Source of the DNA: Octopus sinensis
Taxonomy: Eukaryota
DNA: 64,000 nt
Assembly: GCF_006345805.1 (NCBI RefSeq)
Contig: NC_043001.1
Location: forward strand, 83,948,001 to 84,012,000
Direction of reading: 5' to 3'
The translations under genes were made by a program, and so were the position numbers. Positions 23,636 to 34,067 of this stretch are shown piece after piece (positions within the stretch are counted from its first letter, which is position 1; the number at the start of each line of letters is the position of its first letter). The notes under the pieces are model-generated. The model did not search any database. It was not told the DNA's origin and was given only the letters and a program-made list of their open reading frames with translations.

Positions 23636-26280
23636 CATGATTGACTGCTAGCTCCAAAAGTTTTTTTTATTCTCTCTCTATTTATTTCCTCGTGTTCCTT
23701 TCTGTTGAAGAGCGTAGGCTCAAAACGTAAAAGACTTTCTCACCTTCCCGAGCGCCAAATTAACACACCTGCTTGTTGTTTATACACCCGTCTTCGTCTT
23801 TTATTTTTCTGCAAATGTCAACTGTATATATTAACTTATGTATTTTATTTTAATATAATCTTACGTATATATTCTCTTTATTTTACAGAAATATATATTT
23901 ATGGCCAAGTGAGAAAGGTATCAGACACTAATTGTTTAGAAACTCTTGATAGAGTATTTGTAAATATCAGAAACAGAGTATCTGAATTTACTCCTGAATT
24001 TTTTAGAATAAGAGGTAAAATTTATGAAGGCAACATTCTGGAAAAAGTTCATCTCAAACTGGGAACATTCGTCCGGTTATTAGTATCAATTCAGAAAACT
24101 GAAAACTCTGAAAAAGTTATTTTCTTGCATTTTAAAATATACAGGAGCTTTATTGAACCCAAAGGAATTCTGAGTAAGTAATATTTCTTTTCTTTCTTTC
24201 TGTTTTTTTTTTGTTTTGTTTACAATTAAAGAAAATTCTTTGGTTGTATTAGATGAGTTTTCATTAGCATATAAACAGGAGGGCTATGAAAGTATTAATT
24301 ATTAATGACGAAAGAAATTAAAGAAGTGCTAAAAGTTTTAAAAGAGCTGTACCGTATCCACTCTATATTAATGCAATAATTTTAAGTATTAAATTAATAT
24401 TAATTAAAATTGGTTTCAAATTTTAGCATCAACCTCAGTTTTCAGTTGGTAATGAAGGCAAGGATGAAAGGTAAAGTCAACCCCAGCGGCAGTGGGGGTG
24501 CAATGGCCCAGTGGTTAGGGCAGCGGACTCGCGGTCGTAAGAACGCGGTTTCGATTCCCAGACCGGGCATGTGAGTGTTTATTGAGCAACAACACCTAAG
24601 CTCCACGAGGCTCCGGCGGAGGGGTGGGGGTGAACCTCACTGTACTCTTTCACCACAACTTTCTCTCACTCTTTCTTCCTACTTCTGCCATAAAGTAGAG
24701 GAACCATGCTGAAAATCACATTGGTGTCGTAAATTTTCAGACTCTAGTCTAGATTACGAATCTTCTGTACCCCAGGATGGTTCAGCTCTCCACCCGTTAA
24801 AAGCCACCGTTTACGGAATGAAAATAACAACGTAGCTTTCGCGCCCGTGCAACCGCCAGTCTATCGCGTGTGGAGGGTGGATCTTCAAGTTGCCAAGCTC
24901 ATTCTTAGTAGCTTAGAGTAGGCTCGAATTAGAAATTATTCTTTGTGGCTAATGGCGTGAGTCCTGATTAGAAGAAAACCTCAGCGGCATTTGAAATTAA
25001 AACCTAAAATCGAAAGAAATGCTGCAAAGTATATTTTCCCGGTGCGGTTATGATTTTGTTAGTTCGCTGCCTTAATTTCAATTGAAATACTGGCTTCATA
25101 TTTTGGAACAAGGCCAGTAATTTCATCGATCTCAATGCTCAACTGATACTGATTTTGTCGACTCCGAAAGGATGAAAGGCAAAGTCGACCTCTGCGGAAT
25201 TTGAACTCAGAACGTAAAGACGGATGAAATGCCGCTAACGTTTCTACCAGCTCGCCGCTTTAATTTCAACTTAAATATTTGACATCAGTTGTATAGAGTG
25301 ACACACAACCATTTTTAGTGACGTTTGGGATATTCACTAATTGACCATTTATGTCTTCTGCTATGGCTGCAATGTGAAGGCGCATGGCTCAGTGGTTAAA
25401 GCGTCGAGCTTACGATCGTGAGGTTGTGAGCTCGAATCCCGAACTGGGCTGCTTGTTGTGTTCTTGAGCAAGACACTTTATTTCACGTTGCTCCAGTTCA
25501 CTCAGCTGTAGAAATGAGTTGCGACGTCACAGGTGCCAAGCTGTATCTGCCTTTCCCTTGGATAACACTGGTGACGTGGGAGGGGAGGCAGATATACATG
25601 GGCAACTGCTGGTCTTCCATAAACAACCTTGCCTGGGGTTGTGCCTGGGAGGGTAACTTTCTAGGTACAATCCCATGGTCTGTGTCGTGACCGAAAGGGA
25701 GTCTCAGATATAGATGCAATAAACTTCCTGTAGGAATATTTTTGCAGAACAAATACTACATTCACATCAAAAGGTATAAGATGTCATAAAACAAGTTAAT
25801 TTTGAAACATAAAGACATGTTTTCTAGCCATTTTTACAAAATATTTTTAGTAAATGAATAACTGTTTTACATTTTAAAACGAAAAACTAAATTTGATACA
25901 CATACAAGACGCGTGAAAAACAGTTAAAAGAGTATTAAAAATTATTTTTTGGTATTTTTTCATGTTGACTCTTTGTTTATTACTACAATTATATGAAAAC
26001 TTACATAAACATCTATTATATTTTCTATGTTAATTCAATCTTCAAAAGTATATTAAAGGGATGTATGATATTTAAAATAAATTGATTCCAAGATTCGCTG
26101 TCTAATGAAGATATATTATTAATTTGTTAATACGTTTCCATTTCAGGTGATTATGTAAAAAACTTACACTGTACTAGACAGTCACCGAACCAGATAGTTT
26201 TGTCTAATAAAGTGACTGCTTTTCATAAAGTCAAGTACAAAACCATCATTAGACGTTGGAAAAGATGTTTTAAAATGTGA
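5861..26280 (+). CDS. ITIH-like: Inter-alpha-trypsin inhibitor heavy chain-like protein (VIT-vWA-linker-C-terminal domain), 5'-incomplete. Exons: 5861-5971, 6063-6313, 6846-7009, 9347-9635, 10490-11178, 12220-12292, 13527-13547, 16574-16588, 17842-17856, 20000-20089, 21884-21988, 23889-24173, 26147-26280
   Basis: All introns are GT-AG with compatible phases; summed length 2242 nt = 1 + 747 codons ending TGA. Motifs: VIT (EIDGNVTVGEVKEK..A...Y..AV..GQSAG; F.ISVNVEP..Y.LTYQELL), [43 protein letters not shown]. Confidence 0.88.
6063..6313 (+). CDS. ITIH-like exon (VIT C-terminal part)
   Basis: TTCCAG|...|GTAGGT; HRFTNVFDISVNVEPQKDIVYNLTYQELL... Confidence 0.88.
6846..7009 (+). CDS. ITIH-like exon
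   Basis: AACAG|...|GTAAGA; LDSASIEY...YSPSRKQQ...GVAGLLRVEYNVDR. Confidence 0.85.
7160..7589 (+). mobile_element. SINE family B, near full length, with internal (TA)n
   Basis: GGAGTGGCTGTGTGGTAAGTAGCTTGCTTACC head, (TA)n core, and ...GACTGAAACAAGTAAAAGAG end. Confidence 0.85.
9347..9635 (+). CDS. ITIH-like exon (start of vWA domain)
   Basis: TTCCAG|...|[38 protein letters not shown]. Confidence 0.9.
9743..10320 (+). mobile_element. SINE family A with head-to-tail triplicated ~180-bp body
   Basis: GGCGAGCTGGCAGAATCGTTAGCACGCCGGGCGAAATG head, then three TATTTCGTCTG...GGGGTCGAT units. Confidence 0.85.
10490..11178 (+). CDS. ITIH-like exon (vWA domain and downstream helices)
   Basis: TTTCAG|...|GTGAGT; TNINSALL...IIFLTDGDPTVG...LFALCFGEDCD..FL..VATENGG...FSNYFKGSELVVSG. 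Confidence 0.92.
11364..11948 (+). mobile_element. SINE family A with triplicated body
   Basis: Same architecture as 9743-10320. Confidence 0.85.
12220..12292 (+). CDS. ITIH-like exon
   Basis: TCACAG|...|[18 protein letters not shown] is a hallmark ITIH motif. Confidence 0.88.
12390..12549. mobile_element. Mariner-type MITE
   Basis: TA|CGAGGGGATGCTGAAA ... TTTCAGCAGCCCCTCG|TA imperfect TIRs with TA TSD. Confidence 0.75.
13527..13547 (+). CDS. 21-nt micro-exon (E-TKQIPR)
   Basis: Polypyrimidine tract TTTCTCTTCCTTTGTAG| and consensus donor |GTAAGT; phase 1-1. Confidence 0.7.
14209..14707 (+). mobile_element. 3' end of an R4/Dong-like (restriction-like endonuclease) non-LTR element
   Basis: Decayed translation LHWNICRQYDIPHPRNWYEHHPEPV...KADIVI...ITVPTDRNISTKEFEKLSKYKD..IEI...W; (TAA)n on both sides. 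Confidence 0.8.
14835..16030 (+). mobile_element. Decayed L1/Tx1-like LINE 3' region, split by a SINE at about 15137-15470
   Basis: FRFLWEGRVPL...QHPL..GLGM; C-terminal Zn finger CPKC...LH...CP; FFKLHLKRKVRLER. A related fragment lies on - at about 45725-46140. Confidence 0.7.
16574..16588 (+). CDS. 15-nt micro-exon (H-HVRF)
   Basis: TTTATTTTTTCAG|ATCACGTGCGATTTA|GTAAGT; phase 1-1. Confidence 0.68.
17842..17856 (+). CDS. 15-nt micro-exon (K-PHRV)
   Basis: GCTTTTTCAG|AACCCCACAGAGTAG|GTAAGT; phase 1-1. Confidence 0.68.
   Translation, partial: NPTE
19085..19937 (+). mobile_element. RTE-clade LINE 3' fragment, 3' UTR and tandem tail
   Basis: VPTMFYGADTW...FEMRCLR...; LRRFGHTERMDEERMVRRVM...GNRTRGKPRFVWMDGV; tail satellite at 19721-19937. 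Confidence 0.8.
19721..19937. repeat. 5/10-bp period minisatellite (ATGAT/GTGGT)
   Basis: Tandem GATATGATGTGGTAT units. Confidence 0.9.
20000..20089 (+). CDS. 90-nt Pro/Thr/Arg-rich linker exon
   Basis: TATTAG|...|GTAAGA; TTPPVTVPRSTRPPRRTPRKPVPILPHIP; a GC-rich island in an AT-rich intron. Confidence 0.8.
21315..21726. mobile_element. MITE with ~29-bp TIRs and 8-bp TSD (Merlin-like ends)
   Basis: TIRs GGATCTTTTCGGTTTGAACGGCAGTTTTT and AAAAACTGTCGTTCAAACCGAAAAGATCC; TSD CATTAATA at 21307-21314 and 21727-21734. Confidence 0.85.
21884..21988 (+). CDS. ITIH-like exon (start of C-terminal domain)
   Basis: TTCTAG|...|GTAAGT; ILLKPLNCEAELCFTDSIQCRNQTDIVLLADRAA. Confidence 0.78.
23395..23586 (-). 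mobile_element. ~200-bp repeat with hammerhead-like core, bounded by (TA)n
   Basis: Minus strand CTTT-CTGTAGA-AGATCGTAGGCTC-GAAA-CGTA-AAAG; related to 23631-23829 and 27384-27598. Confidence 0.6.
23631..23829 (+). mobile_element. Second copy of the ~200-bp hammerhead-like repeat, head-to-head with the first
   Basis: CTTT-CTGTTGA-AGAGCGTAGGCTC-AAAA-CGTA-AAAG, then the shared CC(C/T)GAGCG downstream motif. Confidence 0.6.
23889..24173 (+). CDS. ITIH-like exon (C-terminal domain)
   Basis: TTTACAG|...|GTAAGT; 285 nt open, IYIYGQVRKV...LHFKIYRSFIEPKGIL. Confidence 0.8.
26147..26280 (+). CDS. ITIH-like probable last coding exon
   Basis: TTTCAG|GT GAT...; open to TGA at 26278-26280 (...RRWKRCFKM*). 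Confidence 0.65.
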
Positions 26281-26330
26281 GCGACAAGAATGAGGTTGTA
26301 TCTTGATTTAATCTAAAATAATCTTTCACA

Positions 26331-26380
26331 TTAGGATTGCTATGATGTAGAAATATATTAATTTGATAAATACACCGATA

Positions 26381-26434
<54 letters not shown>

Positions 26435-27330
26435 ATATTATCGGTGTATTTTATCAAATTTTTAATTTTTCTTTCTTCTTTTTTTGGTTTTGTTTGTCTC
26501 AGGTCTTCTATACTTAATTTAAGTGCTCGTTGGATCGCACTGTCTATTAGGGGCTGTGGATAATTTCTATTTATGAGTGTAGTTCTAAGATAATATATAT
26601 ATATATTATCGGTGTATTTTATCAAATTAATATATTTCTACATCATAGCAATCCTAATGTGATAGACTCCAAGCAGTACCTACCCTTTGATTCATGCCAC
26701 CCAAGACACACTAAAATAAATGTCCCTTTTTGTTTAGCTAGAAGGATTTGCACCATAATATCAGACACAAACACCCGACACACACGTCTCCAGGAACTTA
26801 GAACTACACTCATAAATAGAAATTATCCACAGCCCCTTATAGACAGTGCAATCCAACGAGCACTTAAATTAAGTATAGAAGACCTGAGACAAACAAAACC
26901 AAAAAAGAAAGAAAAATTAAAAACCCTTCCCTACATCTCTACACACAACCCACTTAACAATGAGGCCTTCAACACCATACTAGAAAGCACAGCCCTACTA
27001 AAGGGAGACCCAAAGATGAACCGGATCCTCGAAACACACACCATCATTAAAAGTAAACGCCAACCAAAATCCTTGAAAAAAATTTTAACCCAAGCTAAAC
27101 TGCACTCAACATCAACCACAAAACCAGCAGTTAGAAAATGTGGAAAGCTTAACTGCGGAATCTGTGTCATCTTGGTAGAAGGAATAAAGGGTGCATTATG
27201 CAATCTTCTCATCAAGAAAGAAAAGGAGCCTCTCTCAACAACAAGATGAGAAGATTGCATAATGCACCCTTTATTCCTTCGGAATGAAAATATGCTGTCT
27301 TCGAAACATGTGTCGAGAGTAAAGGAATTT
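26331..27330 (+). mobile_element. Penelope-like element fragment (RT thumb and linker) with rearranged inverted ends
   Basis: ORF 26659-27249: DSKQYLPFDSCHPRHTKINVPFCLARRICTI...NRNYP...LPYISTHNP...SKRQPKSLKKILTQAK...KCGKLNCGIC. Inverted copies lie at 26331-26657, and an inverted repeat at 27178-27279. Confidence 0.8.
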
Positions 27331-27383
27331 TGTTAACATCTTCGTTCGACTCCATTCTTTCATTTAATCATATATATATATAT

Positions 27384-27598
27384 TCAAAATGTGACCGCGT
27401 GTGTACCGTTGGCGATTTTTTCCTCCGTATTTCCCTCCTTGGATCTTTCCTTTTCCTATGTTTCTGACGAAGAGCTCCGCCCGAAACGTTAAATCCTCCT
27501 CCTCTTCCTTTCCTTTCCTGAGCGTCAAATAACACTATACTTTCTCCACGTCCTCGCGTTATTGTGTTTTCTCTTTGTGATTTCGTGTTTGGATTAAC
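27384..27598 (+). mobile_element. Third ~200-bp repeat copy with canonical CTGACGA...GAAA core
   Basis: GTTT-CTGACGA-AGAGCTCCGCCC-GAAA-CGTT-AAAT at 27460-27494; (TA)n on both flanks. Confidence 0.65.
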
Positions 27599-27817
27599 TA
27601 TATATATATAATGTTCGTTTTTGTGTTCAATTATAATGAAAAAAAGTTTTACTCCAATCTGATGGGTTACCTTATACTTTTCTAGAGTACAAATTTATTA
27701 ATCTTAAACAAGAATATTAGTGACAGTGACTTCGAAGTTTCGGCCAGCTAAGCCCTCGTGGGACTGCTGTTCAAAAATTCGAAGTCACTGTTAACAATAT
27801 TCTTGTTTAAGAACAAT

Positions 27818-27900
<83 letters not shown>

Positions 27901-27953
27901 CATATATATATATATACATATATATTGTTATATATATATATACATATATATTG

Positions 27954-28036
<83 letters not shown>

Positions 28037-28037
<1 letters not shown>

Positions 28038-29306
28038 TGGGTCGAATCATAAATAGTTTCCGTTTTTTGGAGGTAAATTGTAACGATGCAATTCGAACTT
28101 CAATGGTTTTAACTGAAATTGAAGCTACCGTTTTCAAAAGAGCCTTGCCTTTCATTCATATTTAAACAGTGAAAGCGTGCACGTCATAGTTTAATATCAA
28201 GTTTCACTCCGCTAAAATGAATGAACTAAAAGTGCATATTTGACATGTGATATTGTGGGCGTTGAAGAATGGGGGAGGAGGAGGAGGAGGAAACACAACA
28301 GAAACAAGTAAGAAAATATGCAGTGTTTATGGCCAAGGTGTTGTTACTGAACGGCAAGTGCGAAATTGGTTTTTCAAAGTTTCGTTCCGGAGCGTTTTCA
28401 TTGAGAGACAACTCAGACCATGATGCTCATCAGACTTCGATCAAGAAACTGTAAGCGATTTAGTGGAATTCAGTCCTCGTAAAAATACTCGGGAATTAGC
28501 AATTGACCTCAATACATATCAATTCATCATCTGTCGCTACTTGGAAAAGGTAGGAAAAGTCAGCAAGTTGGAGTATAGGTTCCCCATACTCTTAGTGAGA
28601 AGAATAAGGAAGATCGCATGTCCATTGTGACAAGTCTTCTTCCAAGACAGAGAAATTACCTGCTTCTCAATATCATTACAGGTAATGAAAAATGGGTCTT
28701 TTATGACAATATTCAACGCAAAAGGCAGTGGATTGACAAGGATAAATTCACTTTGACCTACCTCAAAGGCTGAGCCCCATTGAAGGAAGGTTGTGGTGTG
28801 TCTATGGTGGGATCACCGCAGTTTTATTCATTTCGAGTTTTTAAACTGCAAGCACTAAATGTCAACTTATACTCTCAACAGCTGCGATGTGTGCATGAAA
28901 ATCTTTTAAGAAAATACCCTGCACTCGTTAGTAGGAGAAACGTTGTGCTTCTCTCCGATAACACAAAACCACATTCAGCAAGAATCGCGAAGGATAAAAT
29001 ATTGGATTTGGGCTGGTTTTCTCTACCCCATCCACCACATTTGTCAGACCTTGCATCAACTGATTTCTATCTTTTTCGCTCTCTACAAAATACTCAAAAT
29101 TCCTCAAGAAGATCAGGTGAAAATATATGTGGAAAACGTCTTTATGTCGAATCTAGGGGAATTTTACTCGAGAGGAATCAAAAAGCTACATGATAAATGG
29201 TAAAAGATCATTCAAAATAATAACAAATTGAAAATAATTCTTTGTAAAAGTTTTTCATGAGTAAAGGTGTTTAACAAAATCAGAAATTATTTATAACTCA
29301 ACCCAA
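28037..29306 (+). mobile_element. Full-length but degenerate mariner transposon (transposase pseudogene)
   Basis: TIRs TTGGGTCGAATCATAAATAGTTTCCG and CAGAAATTATTTATAACTCAACCCAA. Decayed motifs: VPHTL, ITGNEKWVFYDN, LSDNTKPH, LPHPPHLSDLASTDFYLFRSLQN, RGIKKLHDKW. Confidence 0.92.
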
Positions 29307-31832
29307 TATATACATATATATATATAACACCAAGTAAGTTAGGGGTTGTGGATCCAACCCACTAAGGGATAATATTTATCCAATATACTGTTGGTATAAT
29401 ACCCAAATTATTAATACACAAGTGTTTTTAATTGCAATGCAATTAACTTATTGTATTAAATGGGTGAAGGCAAAGAAATATTTACCATTAATTTATAATA
29501 CAATTAAGAAAATGGTGAAACAATTTAGTTGGTTTATCAGCTTTGGGATATTAGAATGTTGACTTATGTTGAATGTTGAATGAAACTAAATTGTTTCACC
29601 ATTTTCTTATTTGTATTATATATATATATATATATAATACACTGCTATTGATTATTTATTTAGATATTATATTATATTGTTTTATACACATATATTAAAT
29701 TTAATGATTAATAAATTAATTATAGAACTCCTCTACACACATATTGTTAGTTCATATCTCAAGAGAATAATTTTAAATTGTTACACAAATCTGGAGGACG
29801 GAGTACATTTTTCTACAAATGTTTGTTCGAAGTGAAAAGATTATATACAAGTCACTCATGTTTTCCAACTGTCTAATAAATATCTTTTGAAATTAACATT
29901 AGAGTTGTTACTGTTTTTGTTGTTGTCAGCACTGATTAAGCAGTCTATTAGTAAAGGTGTTCCATCCGTGACCATCCCATCTTACCTTTAAATATAGTAT
30001 ACCTAGGAATATATTATTCAATGTGTTCTTTCAATGAGTTAGTAGAGTGTGCTTTGAGAGAAAGTACGTTACTCTCTCGTATGTCTAGTAGTGGCTTTTT
30101 TGGCTAGATCGTCACGATTTAGAATTGTTTTCAAATGAAGGTAATTTATTTTCAACCTAGCTGGCAACAACAAACTTTCTAATACATAATCTGTTTCTGT
30201 CTCAGCAAAGTTGAAATACTTTAGTAAAAGGCGAAAGATTTATCCGCTCGGAGTGAGGAGACACCAGAGTTGAAATACTTGTGTCATTATTTATGTCACA
30301 AATATTGTCTTTTTTGTCTGATGCACCATTGTAACATAGACAAATATACCAACAAACAGTTACACGACTGACATACGAAACATTCATTGACATCAGCTCA
30401 AGAAGAAAACCACACGTATTTATAGATTTTTGAAATAGGAATAACCCACTCTATATCTTATTTCTTTATTGCCCACAAGGGGCTACACACAGAGGGGACA
30501 AGCAAGGACAGACAAACGGATTAAGTCGATTATATCGATCCCAGTGTGTAACTGGTACTTATTTAATCGACCCCGAAAGGATGAAAGGCAAAGTCGACCT
30601 CGGCGGAATTTGAACTCAGAACGTAACAGCAGACGAACTACTGCTAAGCATTTCGCCCGGCGTGCTAACGTTTCTGCCAGCTCGCCGCCCGAACCCTCTC
30701 TATATCTATTATCCTAATCACTGTTTTTGAATGTCCGTCAAAATATCGGATTCACTCTCAATGCAGTTCATGAGCTTCCTTCTCATAATCTGTATACATC
30801 TGCTTTTACTACAACATACTGAACCCTCCCATGCATCAACGATTGTTCGATTATTTCTCATTCAGCATAGAGCTCATTACATCGTTTTATTCAAAATTCG
30901 TACACATAGACGTAAGAGTGGCTGTGTGGTAAGTAGCTTGCTTATCAACCACATGGTTCCGGGTTCAGTCCCACTGCGTGGCACCTTGGGCAAGGTTCTA
31001 TAGCCTCGGGTCGACCAATGCCTTGTGAGTGGACTTGATAGACGGAAACTGAAAGAAGCCCATCGTATATATATATATGTGTGTGTGTGTTTGTGTGTCT
31101 GTGTTTGTCCCCCGAGCATTGCTTGACAACCGATGCTAGTGTGTTTATGTCCCCGTCACTTAGTGGTTTGGCAAAAGAGACCGATAGAATAAGTACTAGG
31201 CTTACAAAGAATAAATCCCGGGGTCAGTTTGCTCGACTAAAGGCGGTGCTCCAGCATGGCCACAGTCAAAATGACTGAAACAAGTGAAAGAGTAAAGAGA
31301 GTAATCATGACTTCGTGTGGTTTGTTTTACTTTTCACACGACAGGGACCAAAATGTTAGTAGTATCGCCTACCTGGCCTGTCTCTTGACATTTAAAGCTC
31401 TAAAACAACGTTTTACTGTGACGTCGCAGGATCTAATTTCTTGGGACAATCTGAATATTGCATTATCTAATCAAGACAACATACAACACATTGTTCTAAT
31501 CTAATACATAACATGCTCTCCTTCCTGAATCTTCTTGTACACTGAATCAATAAGTCGGAACTCCACTCACTTCTACTTAAGCTTAAAAAGCCATTAATGT
31601 GTGCTTCCATTTACTTCTGGGCATCCAATAATCAGCTGATATTTTATACAGCGCAGAGTCTGCAAGTCTTCTCACATCCCTAATTGCAATCGGTCAGATT
31701 TTCTACGTCTTTCTTAAACAGTTCATAACATAGCAAAATCTTTACATTTAATACTCCTGCATGTAATGTCTCTTCATCAAAGACAACTTTATAAATAACA
31801 CTCTTGTAGTTAAATCAACCACATCAATCATA

Positions 31833-32062
31833 TTGGGTTGTCCGGAGAGTTGAGTTCGTGCCGATTTTTAAAGGAAAGAAAAGGTTCAATAAATACTTGC
31901 CATTACATTTTTAATCAACCAAATATGAACCATTTTGTTGCACAATGCGTCTCCGTCTTTCCTTTAACTTGAAAATACCCTCTTCCCAGAATTGAGGTGC
32001 CTGGGAGGGTAAGTCGAAAGGTAAGCTACTATAAATCGGCACGAACTTTCCGGACAACCCAA
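31833..32062 (-). mobile_element. 230-bp mariner deletion derivative (MITE), same family as 234-2455
   Basis: Identical TIR type with TA flanks; the interior matches 260-400 and 2403-2455. Confidence 0.88.
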
Positions 32063-32907
32063 TATAAACAGCAGAACGCCACTTCGTTGCCCAATTCAAG
32101 TTCAATAGTTGCTGCATACAGTGGCTTGCATAGGAAAAATTCTATGATCATTTGAGCCGAATATGATAACAGATTCTGATGGATTAACTTCCTTATTTCC
32201 AAACAGTGTACTTTCAAATTGCTGTTAAATGTAATAAACCATTCAACCAACCAACCAACCAACCAACCACTCCTCTCCCAATTCTATCTCTGAGTCTAAA
32301 TCCCAGCTTGTAAGATTATGCATTTTGTTACATTTTCGAAAAGGTAATAACTTCTCAGTGGAGGCGCGTGGCTTAGTGGTTAGGGTGTCAGCACCATGAT
32401 GGTAAGATTGTAGTTTCGATTCCTGGACCGGGCGACGCGTTGTGTTCTTGAGCAAAACACTTCATTTCACGTTGTTCCAGTCCACTGGCAAAAATGAGTA
32501 ACGCTGCGATGGACTGGCGTCCCGTCCAGCTCGGGAACTTACAAACGCCATAGAAACCGGGAAACCAGGCCCATGAGCCTGGCTAGGCTTTAAAAGGGCG
32601 CATTTATTTATTTTTTTAAATAACCTCTAACTCTGTTATTTTTAGCCTATTGTCTCGCTTTATGAAGGAATCAACTGAGACTTTGAATTTGCTTCCTCAG
32701 TTAATGACATTGGGCACATAAAATAACGATAAAGAAATAATTGTTTTACAACCCACACCTTTCAGGAAATCTGAACCATACACATACACGAAGCATGCGC
32801 ACGAACACACATACACACACGCACAAATACACACACATACACGCCCACCTGCCACACTCCCTTTTTCTCCCTCTCCCTATTAAATACATTCTCCCTCACG
32901 TCCACGT

Positions 32908-33215
32908 CAATGGCCCAGTGGTTAGGGCAGCGGACTCGCGGTCGGAGGATCGCGGTTTCGATTCCCAGACCGGGCGTTGTGTGTGTTTATTGAGCAAAAA
33001 CACCTAAAAGCTCCACGAGGCTCCGGCAGTGGGTGGTGGCGACCCCTGTTGTACTCTTTCTTCACAACTTTCTCTCACTCTCTCTTCCTGTTTCTTGAGT
33101 AACGCTGCGATGGACTGGCTTCCCGTCCAGCTTGGGGGGAACACATACGCCACAGAAACCGGGAAACCGGGCCCATGAGCCTGGCTAGGTTTGAAAAGGG
33201 CGACGTTTATCGTTT
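32908..33215 (+). mobile_element. SINE family C variant
   Basis: tRNA-like head; an inverted near-copy lies at 33708-34030. Confidence 0.8.
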
Positions 33216-33672
33216 TTTTTTTTTATCACAGCCACATAAATATATAAATACATAAATTTTGAAGAGAGAAAGAGAGAGGTCTAAAGCAGAGATGGCGTAG
33301 GGATGGTATGTCATTGATGTGGTGGCGGATGGGGACGAAAGGATTTTGAATACGCGTAACTGATTGATTAGCCGAACAGTTAATCAAACAATCGATTAGT
33401 TAATTAATTGAATAGTTAACCAATTAACAAATAGAATATAAAGATTTGAAATAGAAACAGTATGTGTATTTATTACTGGCATAATAAAACTGGTTTCAGA
33501 ACATGATGAATCTTGCAAATCAAATACGAAGACATACACACACACACACACACATTCTTTTATCCGGTTCACCTCAAGGCTGTGTCCATACTGGGGCACT
33601 GCGAGTATCATCACCTTTTTAATGGACATTGTCATGAGGTTGGCTTTCCTGGATCGCTTTTAAACAAAGGAC

Positions 33673-33703
<31 letters not shown>

Positions 33704-33707
33704 CATA

Positions 33708-34030
33708 AAAATCGATAAACGTCGCCCTTTTTAAGCCTAGCCAGGCTCATGGGCCTGGTTTCCCGGCTTCTGTGGCGTATGTGTCCCCCCCTCCAGCTGG
33801 ACGGGAAGCCAGTCCATCGCAGCGTTACTCAAGAAACAGGAAGAGAGAGAGTGAGAGAAAGTTGTGGAGAAAGAGTACAACAGGGGTCGCCACCACCCCC
33901 TACCGGAGATTCGTGGTGCTTTTAGGTGTTTTCGCTCAATAAACACACACAACGTCCGGTCTGGGAATCGAAACTGCGATTCTCCGACCACGAGTCCGCT
34001 GCCCTAACCACTGGGCCATTACGCCTCCAC
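33708..34030 (-). mobile_element. SINE family C variant (inverted partner of 32908-33215)
   Basis: Reverse complement matches along its whole length. Confidence 0.8.
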
Positions 34031-34067
34031 ACATACATACATACACCACATTAACAGCGACACCGAT

